Shown piece after piece: positions 30,498 through 40,732 of a stretch of DNA of 64,000 bases. A model generated the notes under the pieces. It had not been told where the DNA came from. It saw nothing but the letters and a program-made list of their open reading frames with translations, and did not search any database. A program made the position numbers and the translations under genes. Each line of letters starts with the position of its first letter. The first letter of the stretch is position 1. The stretch covers positions 192,001 to 256,000 of the forward strand of contig JBPOFY010000001.1 in assembly GCA_051252375.1 (NCBI GenBank). The letters run 5' to 3'. Origin of the DNA: Opitutaceae bacterium (GTDB lineage Bacteria; Verrucomicrobiota; Verrucomicrobiia; Opitutales; Coraliomargaritaceae).

Positions 30498-30779
30498 TTA
30501 TTTCTTAGCTGCACAGCAAGCTGCGAGCGGTGCCGCAGCCTTTTTGGCCTCTTTAGCCTTATCTGCTTTTGTGCAGCAGGCTTTTTCGCAACCTTCAGCG
30601 CAGGCTTTCTTTGCAGCCTTCTTTTCTTTTGTGCAGCAAGCTTTTGCGCAATCTTCGGCACAGGCTTTCGCTTCAGCCTTCTTTTCAACGTGAGCGTCAC
30701 CAGTGCCGCAAGTGCCGCAATGAGCGTTTGCTGTGAGGGCCGCAGCGACCATAAGGAATGGAATTAGTAATGTTTTCAT
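30498..30779 (-). CDS. Secreted Cys/Lys/Ala-rich mini-protein (93 aa, 12 Cys)
   Basis: MKTLLIPFLMVAAALTANA signal peptide, then HCGTCG and two KAC.E.C.KACCTK repeats. Confidence 0.8.
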   Translation of the reverse strand: MKTLLIPFLMVAAALTANAHCGTCGTGDAHVEKKAEAKACAEDCAKACCTKEKKAAKKACAEGCEKACCTKADKAKEAKKAAAPLAACCAAKK

Positions 30780-30920
30780 AGACTTAATATGTATTAATGT
30801 TGGATTGAGTGATTTGACTCGAACTATACTACTGATTGAGTCCGTCGAATCGTGCGAACTATATCTAGGAGACAACAACCAGCCCCTTATTCCATAAAAT
30901 TTCAAGTTTAGCGACAATAT

Positions 30921-31925
30921 ATGTTACCTTGGTTCCAAGATGGGAAATTCCCGCTCTATCTGGCCCCGATGGCTCGGTTTACCGACATCGTGTTTCGTCA
31001 GATGTGCAAAGAACAGGGGGCCGATGTCATGGTCACCGAGTTTGTTCAGGCAGATGCGCTCAACCGTGATGACCCAAAACTATGGGAAACGGTCGATTTT
31101 ACCGATGCCCAGCGTCCGATGGGTGTGCAAATATTCGGCTCAAACCCGCAGTCTATGGCGACCGCAGCACGCCTGATCACCGATCGACTGCAGCCGGACT
31201 TTATCGACATCAACTTTGGTTGCCCGGCTGACCGCGTCATTTGTATGGATGCCGGCTCTTCCATGCTGCGCAATCCTAAGAAGCTAGGCATCATCACTGG
31301 AGCAGTGGTCAAAGCAGTGCCGGAAACCCCCGTAACCGTCAAAATTCGCACTGGCTGGGATGACGATACCATCGTCGCCAAAGAAGTGGGCCACATCGTC
31401 GAAGGCGAAGGCGCTCAGGCACTCGCTATCCACGGGCGAACCAAAATGCAGGGCTACAGCGGCGAGGCTAACTGGCCAATCATCGCGGAGGTCGCCGAGG
31501 AATTGACCATCCCTGTGATCGGCAATGGCAATATACGCAGCGCCCACGACGTGCTCCGTATACGCGAGCAAACCCGATGTGCCGGACTGATGATTGGTCG
31601 CGCCGCGCTAGGCTACCCTTGGATTTTTCGGGATATCAAGCACACGCTTGAGCATGGCTTCGTCCCAGAACCACCCACGATCCCAGAGCGCTGGGAGACC
31701 ATCATCGAATACACGCGCCAGATCATGGCGCGACCCTACCGCGAACAACGACACACCGACTTACGCTGGATGCGACCAAAGTTTATCGCTCTCACTAAAT
31801 CGATGACGGGCTCACGCAGAATACGCGGCGCGCTCAGCACCGTCCATCAACTCGAAGACCTCGAGCGCATCGCGGCAGAGCATACCCGCCAGTATCACAC
31901 CGATGCCGCAACCAACGTTGAATAA
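30921..31925 (+). CDS. dusB: tRNA-dihydrouridine synthase (DusB-like)
   Basis: [40 protein letters not shown]. Confidence 0.88.
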   Translation: MLPWFQDGKFPLYLAPMARFTDIVFRQMCKEQGADVMVTEFVQADALNRDDPKLWETVDFTDAQRPMGVQIFGSNPQSMATAARLITDRLQPDFIDINFGCPADRVICMDAGSSMLRNPKKLGIITGAVVKAVPETPVTVKIRTGWDDDTIVAKEVGHIVEGEGAQALAIHGRTKMQGYSGEANWPIIAEVAEELTIPVIGNGNIRSAHDVLRIREQTRCAGLMIGRAALGYPWIFRDIKHTLEHGFVPEPPTIPERWETIIEYTRQIMARPYREQRHTDLRWMRPKFIALTKSMTGSRRIRGALSTVHQLEDLERIAAEHTRQYHTDAATNVE

Positions 31926-31976
31926 CAATTCTAGGTTCGACCTATAGGGACGGAAGAAGCATTCTCACGATTTGTC

Positions 31977-32438
31977 ATGAAAAAGATCCTCTTTCTATGC
32001 ATGGGTAATATCTGCCGCTCGCCGGCAGGGCACTGCGTGTTTCAGCACCTTGTCGATGAAGCAGGCCTGGGCGATCAATTCGAAATCGAATCTGCTGGGA
32101 CTATAGGCTTTCACATCGGTCAACCGCCCGACGGACGGATGCAAGAGGTGATGCGTTCGCGTGACATCCCTATCATCGGTCGCTCCAGGCAACTCGACTC
32201 TGCCGACCTAGAGTATTATGATCTCATACTCGCCATGGATGAAGAAAATCTAGCCGGAGCCAGAGGTCTGGACCGCAAGAACCAGTATCATGACAAAATT
32301 CGCCTCTTCTGCGATTACTGCACTGAGCATAGTGAAACGGAAGTGCCTGACCCCTACTACGGCGGAGATCAAGGTTTCGAGCATGTCATGAATATGATCG
32401 AAGATGGCTGCCGCAATTTGCTAAAAGCGCTGACCTAA
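31977..32438 (+). CDS. Low-molecular-weight protein tyrosine phosphatase
   Basis: [11 protein letters not shown] and VPDPYYG. Confidence 0.95.
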   Translation: MKKILFLCMGNICRSPAGHCVFQHLVDEAGLGDQFEIESAGTIGFHIGQPPDGRMQEVMRSRDIPIIGRSRQLDSADLEYYDLILAMDEENLAGARGLDRKNQYHDKIRLFCDYCTEHSETEVPDPYYGGDQGFEHVMNMIEDGCRNLLKALT

Positions 32439-32452
32439 GCGTTATTTACTGT

Positions 32453-33277
32453 ATGCGCGTTGATTGCCACATGCACACACCGCTTTGCGGTCATGCTTTC
32501 GGAACTCCCCTTGAGTATGCTCAGTATGCTGTGAAGCAAGGCTTGGACTTGATCACCTTCACTTGCCACATCCCGATGGAATGGGAAGCGTTCGGTCAAG
32601 CTGGTATTCGTATGCGAAGCGATCAACTCGATGAGTATGTTGAAACCATCCAAGAGACCGCAGAGAAAATACGACCTGAAGGTCTCGAAGTGCTCTGTGG
32701 AATCGAAGCCGAAGTCTTTCCCGACGAAGCACACATGGAGCCAATGGATGAAATCCTACAAGGCTACAAATGGGACTTTGTTCTCGGATCACTCCATGCT
32801 CAATGCCGCAGCTACATCACTTGGCTGAAGGAGCATAAGGTCAAAGATGACTCGACGAAAATTGACTGCTACTTTAGGCACCTCATCGACGGCGCACAGT
32901 CCGGTCGTTACGACAGCATGTCGCACCCCGACGTCATCCGCACCTATGGCGTGGTGAAGCAATTCATCCCTGAAGAGCACGAAGAGGTCATCCGCGAATT
33001 CCTGCAAGCTGTGGTCGACGAAGACATGTGCATGGAGGTCAATACCAGTGGCCTAAACAAGGGTGCCTACGAAGTTCACCCCGACCCACTCATCTTAGAC
33101 TGGGCAAGCGAAATGGGCGTCAAACTGACGATGGGCTCCGACTCACACCGCCCCGATTCAGTCGCCCAACACTTTGATTGGATCCAGCCATTACTTCGCA
33201 ACAAAGGTTTTACCGACCTCCACTACTTCCGAGGTAGAAAACGCCTCCGAATCGATATGCCGGGCAACGCGAAATAA
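32453..33277 (+). CDS. PHP-family histidinol-phosphatase (HisJ/HisK type)
   Basis: [37 protein letters not shown]. Confidence 0.88.
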   Translation: MRVDCHMHTPLCGHAFGTPLEYAQYAVKQGLDLITFTCHIPMEWEAFGQAGIRMRSDQLDEYVETIQETAEKIRPEGLEVLCGIEAEVFPDEAHMEPMDEILQGYKWDFVLGSLHAQCRSYITWLKEHKVKDDSTKIDCYFRHLIDGAQSGRYDSMSHPDVIRTYGVVKQFIPEEHEEVIREFLQAVVDEDMCMEVNTSGLNKGAYEVHPDPLILDWASEMGVKLTMGSDSHRPDSVAQHFDWIQPLLRNKGFTDLHYFRGRKRLRIDMPGNAK

Positions 33278-33287
33278 TCGCAACCCA

Positions 33288-34163
33288 CTAAATCGATTCC
33301 ATCAGCACCGTCTCTATCGGCACATGGCTGAGACGGCGCAGGACGGACTTTGAAAAATCTCCCTGTGAAGCTAAGCTCGTTACCAGCTTCGCATGCACAC
33401 AAGCACTGATCGCGTCATGACGGCTGGTCGAAAGATTGCGTTGATTCAACGCGGAAACGATCGCGGGAACCGTCGGATTATAGGCCACGCTTTCCGCCGT
33501 GCGCCCCGCGAAGACCGCGCCATTGATACACTCAAGGGCAAAGCCTTCAGGAGCATCAGTGTAAGGCGTATAACTGTGGCGAGCAGCATTCATCGCTCGC
33601 TCAACCAAGACTCCTTCAGCTCGGCGAATCGGCTCCAACTGCAAGGCAGGCAGGTCCAGCAAACCAGCCCCCTCCCCGCGCGCATCGCCAAAAGCAAGTG
33701 GCAGCAAAGTCGGCAAGTCGGTCACTTCGCCCTTAAAATGAATCGCCAGTTGCTTTGCCAGCGGCAACTCCCAAAGAAATTGACGGCAGTGCCCACAAGG
33801 AGCCTCCGAAACGACCAAGTCCGTCAGCCGCGTTTCCCCATGCATCCATGCATTCAAAATCGCAGATTGCTCGGCATGTAAACTCGCGCTCAAAGGCACG
33901 CCGACAAACTCCATATTAGCGCCCAAATAGAATTGCCCCGTCGCACCAATCGCCACCGCTCCCACATGAAAGCCAGAAACCGGCGCTTGCGAAAAAGCCT
34001 GTGCCAAAGGCAACAACTGCTTCGCCAAGCTGACATCAGCTCCGAGCATCCCGAACAGCTTTCCGGGAAAATCAGGCGCTGCGAGCTGCCCCAAGATTCC
34101 CTTCTGATCATCCGCCGGAACCGCGGAAATCAACTCAGCCAAATTTGGAATACCTAACCCCAT
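33288..34163 (-). CDS. cdd: Cytidine deaminase (two-domain, homodimeric type)
   Basis: GANMEF, HAEQ, PCGHCRQ, second domain SYTPY...ESVAYNP. Confidence 0.9.
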   Translation of the reverse strand: MGLGIPNLAELISAVPADDQKGILGQLAAPDFPGKLFGMLGADVSLAKQLLPLAQAFSQAPVSGFHVGAVAIGATGQFYLGANMEFVGVPLSASLHAEQSAILNAWMHGETRLTDLVVSEAPCGHCRQFLWELPLAKQLAIHFKGEVTDLPTLLPLAFGDARGEGAGLLDLPALQLEPIRRAEGVLVERAMNAARHSYTPYTDAPEGFALECINGAVFAGRTAESVAYNPTVPAIVSALNQRNLSTSRHDAISACVHAKLVTSLASQGDFSKSVLRRLSHVPIETVLMESI

Positions 34164-34174
34164 AAAGTATCCTA

Positions 34175-34630
34175 CTATTTAAGAAAGCGCATGGTGTAAG
34201 GATAGGTGTATTTCTCACCTTCGCTGACTTTAAGCGCAGCGATCACAGTCAAAACAATCGCACCCACCATCAAGCCGATCCCAGCCAAGACGAGCAACGG
34301 TATCAACAGCATATTCACAAAGGGAATAAACGCCATCGGTATCGCCACGAGAACAAGGGCAAAGCCGTAAATCATAACCGAGATTTGAAAATTAATTGAT
34401 TCTTTCCCTGCCTCATCCACCGCCGGGTCTTCCTCTTTCTTGATCAGCCAGATGATCAAAGGTCCTAGGATATTGCCTAATGGGATACCCAACAATCCAG
34501 TCAAGGCCAACAAGTGGCACAACATCGGCATGGTATGATCCGGCTTCTTCTCTAAAGTAGGTGGCGCACTGAGCTCACTAGAATCAGTAGCTTCAGATAC
34601 GGGTTCGATCGGGTCAGGCGGTGTTTCCAT
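34175..34630 (-). CDS. DUF4870-like membrane protein
   Basis: MLCHL...GPLIIWLIKK...KESINFQ...YTYP; likely start is METPP. Confidence 0.8.
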   Translation of the reverse strand: METPPDPIEPVSEATDSSELSAPPTLEKKPDHTMPMLCHLLALTGLLGIPLGNILGPLIIWLIKKEEDPAVDEAGKESINFQISVMIYGFALVLVAIPMAFIPFVNMLLIPLLVLAGIGLMVGAIVLTVIAALKVSEGEKYTYPYTMRFLK

Positions 34631-34756
34631 ATCATCACAAAGTAAAAAAACCATGCCGCCGAGCAACCAGTAAATAGAACGACCACCAAAGTGTTCGCCC
34701 CAGCCTTTCTCACATCGCGCTTGCCAGCCGCATGGAAGCGCATTTGCTCTCTCCCC

Positions 34757-36025
34757 ATGGCAACTAGCACAAAGCCCCGTTTTCTCGATTTCACGACCGC
34801 ACGTAGCGTGGCCGATCAATTCGGCACGCCCGTCTATGTTTACGACGAAGCCACCCTCAAGGCCAACGCCGCCGCCGTGCTAGCGTTTCCCAATGCATTC
34901 GGGCTAACCGCGCGCTATGCCATGAAGGCATCGCCCAACGCTGCCATCCTCCAAATTTTCCAAAAGGCAGGTCTCCACATCGACGCCAGCTCCGGCTACG
35001 AAGTGCGCCGCGCGATCACTGCCGGCTACGAACCTTCCAAGATCAGCCTCAGCACTCAGGAGCTACCCGAGGACTTTGCCGAACTCTACGAGCTCGGAAT
35101 CGAGATCAACGCCTGCTCACTCAGCCAACTCGAACGCTTTGGCCAGGCCTGCCCCGGCCGTAACATCGGTCTGCGCTTCAATCCTGGTGCCGGCTCCGGC
35201 GGCAACAACCGCACCAACGTCGGCGGTCCCGCCTCTAGCTTCGGCATCTGGCACGAATGGATCGATCAGGTTCAAGCCATCGTCGCGCAATACGATCTCA
35301 AGGTCATCCGTATCCACACACACATCGGTTCGGGCAGCGACCCCGCCGTCTGGCAAAAGATCTCCGGAATGAGCCTCGACCTCGTCCGCCAATTTCCCGA
35401 CGTCGTCGCCCTCAATCTCGGCGGCGGTTACAAAGTCGCCCGCATGGCCAACGAAGTAGCGACCGACCTACAAGAGTGCGGTGCCCCCGTGGCTGAAAAG
35501 TTCCGCGAGTTTGCGGCCGAAACTGGACGCGAAATACGCCTCGAAATCGAGCCCGGCACCTTCCTTGTTGCCAACACCTGCTCCGTCCTTTCCAAGGTGC
35601 AAGACATCGTCTCCACCGGAGTCGATGGTTACGAATTTCTCAAGCTGAACACCGGCATGACCGAAGTGCTACGCCCTTCGATCTACGGCGCGCAACACCC
35701 GATCTATATCGTCCAACCCGAGCCTGCCACTGGGACCCAAGCCTACATGATCGCAGGTCACTGCTGCGAATCCGGCGACATCCTCACCCCCGCACCCGGC
35801 GACCCCGAGATGCTTGCCACTCGTGAACTTCCAATCGCCCAGATCGGCGACCTCTGCGTCATCGACGGTGCTGGTGCTTACTGTGCCGCCATGTCGACCA
35901 AGCATTACAACTCCTATCCCGAAGCCGCCGAGATCATGCTCGACGCCAACAAGCAGCCACACCTCATACGTAGCCGCCAGGAGCCCGCAGACATCTGGAC
36001 CAACGAAGTCAGCTACAAAGTATAA
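34757..36025 (+). CDS. lysA: Diaminopimelate decarboxylase
   Basis: [37 protein letters not shown]. Confidence 0.93.
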   Translation: MATSTKPRFLDFTTARSVADQFGTPVYVYDEATLKANAAAVLAFPNAFGLTARYAMKASPNAAILQIFQKAGLHIDASSGYEVRRAITAGYEPSKISLSTQELPEDFAELYELGIEINACSLSQLERFGQACPGRNIGLRFNPGAGSGGNNRTNVGGPASSFGIWHEWIDQVQAIVAQYDLKVIRIHTHIGSGSDPAVWQKISGMSLDLVRQFPDVVALNLGGGYKVARMANEVATDLQECGAPVAEKFREFAAETGREIRLEIEPGTFLVANTCSVLSKVQDIVSTGVDGYEFLKLNTGMTEVLRPSIYGAQHPIYIVQPEPATGTQAYMIAGHCCESGDILTPAPGDPEMLATRELPIAQIGDLCVIDGAGAYCAAMSTKHYNSYPEAAEIMLDANKQPHLIRSRQEPADIWTNEVSYKV

Positions 36026-36031
36026 TTGTTT

Positions 36032-36115
36032 GTAGGGCGGTGCTCCGTCACCGCCGCTGATACGCTCTAAGCTCCGTCTTACACGACGCGATTGCGACGG
36101 AGCGCAACCCTCCAG
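36032..36115. repeat. Pair of inverted REP-like palindromes
   Basis: Plus strand GTAG-GGCGGTG-CTCCGT-CACCGCC; minus strand GGAG-GGTTGCG-CTCCGT-CGCAATC; between convergent lysA and mutS. Confidence 0.85.
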
Positions 36116-36117
36116 AA

Positions 36118-38691
36118 TTAAAACAAGGCCAACTGATCGTCTTCGTCCTTAGTATCGGTGCCGGACTTTTCTTTCTTCATTCGCTTGCGTAGCAAGTTGT
36201 GTGAAGAGTCGTCGGCTTCGAGGCGTTCAAGAATGGTTTTAGCACGATCAATCACAGTCGTTGGTAGACCTGCCAGTCTGGCGACTTGAATACCGTAAGA
36301 GCGATCCGCAGCGCCTTTGATAACTTGGCGAACGAAGATGATCTCGTCATTCCACTCTTTAACCGCGACGGAGTAATTCTCTAACCGGTCCAGTGTCTGC
36401 GCGAGTTGTGTGAGCTCGTGGTAGTGTGTGGCAAAGAGCGTGCGAGCACCGTCAGCGTCTTTCGGATGCAAGTGCTCGATCACCGCCCAGGCAATCGAAA
36501 GGCCATCGTAGGTGCTCGTGCCGCGACCGATCTCGTCGAGAATCACTAGGCTCCGCGGGGTGGCGTTGTTCAAAATGTTTGCCGTCTCATTCATCTCGAC
36601 CATGAAGGTCGAGTTACCACGGGCGAGTTCGTCGCTCGCGCCGACGCGAGAGAAAATACGATCCACTAAACCAATCTGGCAGCTTCGCGCGGGCACCCAT
36701 GCACCTGACTGAGCCATTAGCACGATGAGCGCTACTTGACGAATGTAAGTCGACTTACCCGCCATGTTGGGACCGGTGATAAGAGCAATTTGCGGCGCAT
36801 CATCCGCAGCACCTGAACTAGAGAGGCGGCAGTCGTTCGGCACGAAAGCATGTGTGCCAGCAAGACCGAGGCGTTGCTCACGCATCATTTGCTCCACCAC
36901 TGGGTGACGACCTTGATCGATCAACAGTGTATCGGACTGATCCAGCTCGGGCTTGCAGTAGTCCCACTCACGAGCGAGCACACCCCAACCGATAAAGACA
37001 TCGATCTCAGCAATCGCGGCGGCGGTTTCCTTCAAGGCATCCGCGTATTCGAGGATCTTCGCAATGAGTCCGTTGAAGAGTGCATCTTCGCGACCAAGGG
37101 CTTTTTCGTCAGCGCTCAAAATCTCGCGTTCACGCTCTTTCAAAATGTCCGTCGTATAACGCTCGGCATTTTTCATCGTCTGCTTACGCACGTAGTCTTC
37201 CGGCACCAGCGCGATATTACTCTTGGTCACTTCGATGAAATAACCGAACGCGCCATTGAACCGAATACGTAGATTTTTGATCCCGCTGCGTTCTTGCTCA
37301 GCCAGCTCAAATTCGGCCAGCCACTTTTGACTGTCGCGGGTTAAACTACGGAAATGATCGAGGTCTTCATCGTAACCGTCCCGAATAGTGCCGCCGTCAT
37401 CAATCTTCCCGGGCAGCTCATCGGCTAGCCCTCGGGCCAATTCGGCAGTGAGTGTATCAAAGTTATGAATACGGTCCGCAATCGCTGCTACCGGCGTTTC
37501 TGGAAACTCCATCAGTGTGGCTGCTATTGCAGGCAGGGCTTCCAACGTGTCACGCACGCCTCCGAGTTCGCGTGGATTACGCATACGGTTCTGCAGGCGA
37601 CCAAGGATGCGCTCTATATCGCGAATGCCGCGCAGTAGTTGCTGCAGCTCGGTTGATAGCCCCGGCGCGGTCACAAACTCCTGCACGCAATCTTGGCGGC
37701 GTTGTATCTCATGAATGTCCAGTTCAGGTGCACAAAGCCAGCGCTCTAGCAAACGTGCACCCGCTGGCGTGCTCGTGCCATCCATCGCAGCGAGCAAAGA
37801 GCCCTTACGTGTATTAGCGGCCGATTTGAAAATTTCCAAATTCCGTAAGGTGGAAGGATCGAGCAGGAGCGTTTTCTCTGTGCTGTATTCACGGATATGA
37901 CGCAGGTTTTCCGGCTTGGAACAAAGTGTCTCAGTCGCGTAATGCACAAGCGCCCCCGCAGCTCCGAGTGCAGGATGATCTCGATCTAAACCAAAGCCAT
38001 CGAGATTGAGCACGCCGAGCACTTCCATGACTGACTGCGCTCCAGAGATGGCATCAAAATGATAGTCCGGAATCGCAGTCACTGCACGGCCATCGCACAG
38101 GTGCGAGTAAAGCTCGCCAAAGGTTTCGTGCGTGTGTGGCAGGTTCCATTGCTGTGCCGCATTTTCAGGCACTAGGATTTCGCGCGGATCCAAACTTTCG
38201 AAGGCAGCGAAAAGATTTTCCGGCCGCACATCATGCGCGATAAAAAACTCACCAGTGGTCAGATCGAGCCAAGCCGCATTGAGCCCTTTCTTCTCCATCG
38301 AAAGCGCGAGGAGGAAGTGGTTGCGCTGCGCATCGATCTGAGTGTCCGCCAGACGAGTTCCAGGGGTGATGATACGGGTCAGCGCGCGCTTGACCAACTT
38401 CCCGGGCTGCGGCGTCTCCACCTGATCGCAAATCGCGATCTTAACACCCTGATCAAGCAGCTTCTGGATATAACCATCGGCGGCGTGAAAAGGGATGCCC
38501 GCCATCGGCATGCCGTGGCGGTGGGTCAGCGTGATCCCGAGCAGCTTCGCGCCCCACTCTGCATCCTGCTTGAAGATCTCATAGAAATCGCCCAAGCGAA
38601 ACATCAGCAGCGTATCATCCGCGAGCTTGGCACGGATTTCGTGCCACTGCTGCATCATCGGGGTCAAAGGCTTGGGTTTATCGGCAGACAT
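36118..38691 (-). CDS. mutS: DNA mismatch repair protein MutS
   Basis: TPMMQQW, FRLGDFYE, TGPNMAGKST, STFMVEM, DEIGRGTST, FATHYHEL, SYGIQVA. Confidence 0.98.
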   Translation of the reverse strand: MSADKPKPLTPMMQQWHEIRAKLADDTLLMFRLGDFYEIFKQDAEWGAKLLGITLTHRHGMPMAGIPFHAADGYIQKLLDQGVKIAICDQVETPQPGKLVKRALTRIITPGTRLADTQIDAQRNHFLLALSMEKKGLNAAWLDLTTGEFFIAHDVRPENLFAAFESLDPREILVPENAAQQWNLPHTHETFGELYSHLCDGRAVTAIPDYHFDAISGAQSVMEVLGVLNLDGFGLDRDHPALGAAGALVHYATETLCSKPENLRHIREYSTEKTLLLDPSTLRNLEIFKSAANTRKGSLLAAMDGTSTPAGARLLERWLCAPELDIHEIQRRQDCVQEFVTAPGLSTELQQLLRGIRDIERILGRLQNRMRNPRELGGVRDTLEALPAIAATLMEFPETPVAAIADRIHNFDTLTAELARGLADELPGKIDDGGTIRDGYDEDLDHFRSLTRDSQKWLAEFELAEQERSGIKNLRIRFNGAFGYFIEVTKSNIALVPEDYVRKQTMKNAERYTTDILKEREREILSADEKALGREDALFNGLIAKILEYADALKETAAAIAEIDVFIGWGVLAREWDYCKPELDQSDTLLIDQGRHPVVEQMMREQRLGLAGTHAFVPNDCRLSSSGAADDAPQIALITGPNMAGKSTYIRQVALIVLMAQSGAWVPARSCQIGLVDRIFSRVGASDELARGNSTFMVEMNETANILNNATPRSLVILDEIGRGTSTYDGLSIAWAVIEHLHPKDADGARTLFATHYHELTQLAQTLDRLENYSVAVKEWNDEIIFVRQVIKGAADRSYGIQVARLAGLPTTVIDRAKTILERLEADDSSHNLLRKRMKKEKSGTDTKDEDDQLALF

Positions 38692-38708
38692 GAAGTAGAA
38701 AGAGGTTA

Positions 38709-38805
38709 ACCACGAATGAACACGAATTGCAGCGAATCAAAAGAGAATATTTTGATTCTTTATACAGAATGGAAAAGATTCGTGGCAATTTATGAGATTT
38801 ATGGG
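38709..38805. repeat. Imperfect inverted arrays with about 10-nt period
   Basis: CGAAT at 38713, 38723, 38733; complementary ATTCG/ATTTA units at 38778, 38788, 38797. Confidence 0.55.
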
Positions 38806-38819
38806 CAAACCTTTGAACT

Positions 38820-39590
38820 ATGGCAGTCAAGTTACACTCCCTCCGCTTTGAAAATCCGGGCAAACCGACCCTGATCATACTCCATGGTCTCTTGGGGGCT
38901 TCGCGCAACTGGACGACGATTGGCAAGGCGCTGAAAGAGCGCTTCGATGTGCACGCGCTTGATTTGCGCAACCACGGGACCTCACCGCACTCTGACACGA
39001 TGCGCTGGTCGGAGCTGATCGCAGATCTGAAGCTTTACCTGAAATTAAACAAGATCGAGAAGACCTACCTGATGGGACATAGCCTAGGAGGCAAAATCTC
39101 GATGAAGTTCGCCTGCGAACACCCAGAGGTCGTTAAGAAGCTGGTGATTGTAGATATCGCGACCAAATCCTACCCACCCTACCACGACAACGAGTTCCGC
39201 GCCATGAAGCGGGTGCCATCCGGTGCCGTCGAAAATCGACGAGAAGCCGAAGAGCTCCTCAAGCCGATGGTCCCAGATTGGGCGATGCGACAGTTCTTGA
39301 TGACGAATTTGGTGAGTGGCGAGTTTGGCTTAAAATGGCAGATCAACCTGGAAGTGCTGCACGCCAGTCTGCAGGTGCTACGCCAAGACTCACTCCAAAG
39401 CTACCAAAACTACAGCGGGCAGAGCCTCCTCGTGCTCGGCGGCAAGTCGGACTTCGTCAAACCTGCTGACCTCCCCGACATGAAGGAACATTTTCCACAC
39501 CTCAAAGTCGTCACACTACCCAAAGCGGGTCACAATGTGCACGTCGAAGACCGCAAGGGCTTTCTCGATGCGCTGAATAAATGGCTGTAA
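38820..39590 (+). CDS. Alpha/beta hydrolase (YbfF-like esterase)
   Basis: LHGLLG, DLRNHG, GHSLGG, AGHNVH. Confidence 0.9.
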   Translation: MAVKLHSLRFENPGKPTLIILHGLLGASRNWTTIGKALKERFDVHALDLRNHGTSPHSDTMRWSELIADLKLYLKLNKIEKTYLMGHSLGGKISMKFACEHPEVVKKLVIVDIATKSYPPYHDNEFRAMKRVPSGAVENRREAEELLKPMVPDWAMRQFLMTNLVSGEFGLKWQINLEVLHASLQVLRQDSLQSYQNYSGQSLLVLGGKSDFVKPADLPDMKEHFPHLKVVTLPKAGHNVHVEDRKGFLDALNKWL

Positions 39591-39682
39591 AGCGTTACTT
39601 GTTGCAGGTTGTTAGTTGCGAGACGTCATTTTTCGCGTATTGATTTCCTGCAAACAACTTTCAACGAACCACCAATCACACA

Positions 39683-40708
39683 ATGACTACCCGCTCACAG
39701 TCTGAGGCCGACAAGGTCGCTGCCGCCGGATTTGCCGAAGTATATGAACCAGTAAAACCGTATCTGGATGATCTGGACGTCTTCCTGCAATCGCAGGTGG
39801 AAGACCTCGAGCCCGAGATCCAAGAGCACGTGCGCTACGTCTTCGGCCATAGCGGAAAGCGCCTACGCCCCATGCTCGTCGCCTACAGCGGATGGGAAGG
39901 TCCCGCCGAAAAACGCGCCGCCGATCTCGTCAAGCTCGGCTCGGTCATCGAACTGGTCCATCTGGCGACACTGGTGCATGACGATATTCTAGACGAGGCC
40001 GACACACGGCACCGACAAGAAACCGCAGCCAAGAAATTTGGTCCTGCCGCCGCCGTCCTTATCGGCGATGTGCTCTTCTCCCATGCGCTCAAGCTCGCTG
40101 CTGAGTTCGATACGAATGAAATCTGCCGCTCTGTCGCTCAAGCCACCTCTCGTGTCTGCGCTGGAGAAATCGCCCAGACCTATCAACGAGGCGATGTGAA
40201 CTACGACCGCGATTTTTACTTCCGCGTGATACGTCTCAAAACAGCGGAACTGTTTGAAGTCTCTTGCCGCCTCGGTGCTAAAGTTGCCGGCTACACCGAA
40301 GCTTTCAGCGAAGCTGCTGGTCTCTTTGGTCGTCACTTAGGCATCGCCTATCAAATCTTCGACGACCTGGTCGACCTCTACGCCGACGAATCCATGATCG
40401 GCAAAACGCTCGGCACGGACCTAGACAAAGGGAAATTCACCCTCCCACTGCTGCTACTTCTAGAGAAACTGCCTGCTAAAGAACGCGAAAGCCTGATTGC
40501 CCGCTTTAAGGCCGGTGACAAAAGCGTCGCGGCGGATTTCACCTCACGCCTCCACGACTTCCCGATTTTCGATGAAGTGGTCACCGTCTTTGAGGATCAG
40601 CTCAGCCAAGCCACCAAGGCGGTCGAGCCTTTCAGCGAGTTACCCCCGGTCGCCGCCATGCAAAAGATCGCCGCACTGGTTCGCTCGCAGTTGGGGCGCA
40701 TTCAGTAA
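39683..40708 (+). CDS. Polyprenyl diphosphate synthase
   Basis: GKRLRP, LVHDDILD, KTAELF, YQIFDDLVD. Confidence 0.93.
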   Translation: MTTRSQSEADKVAAAGFAEVYEPVKPYLDDLDVFLQSQVEDLEPEIQEHVRYVFGHSGKRLRPMLVAYSGWEGPAEKRAADLVKLGSVIELVHLATLVHDDILDEADTRHRQETAAKKFGPAAAVLIGDVLFSHALKLAAEFDTNEICRSVAQATSRVCAGEIAQTYQRGDVNYDRDFYFRVIRLKTAELFEVSCRLGAKVAGYTEAFSEAAGLFGRHLGIAYQIFDDLVDLYADESMIGKTLGTDLDKGKFTLPLLLLLEKLPAKERESLIARFKAGDKSVAADFTSRLHDFPIFDEVVTVFEDQLSQATKAVEPFSELPPVAAMQKIAALVRSQLGRIQ

Positions 40709-40732
40709 GACACAACCCTCTAAACGCGTTGC

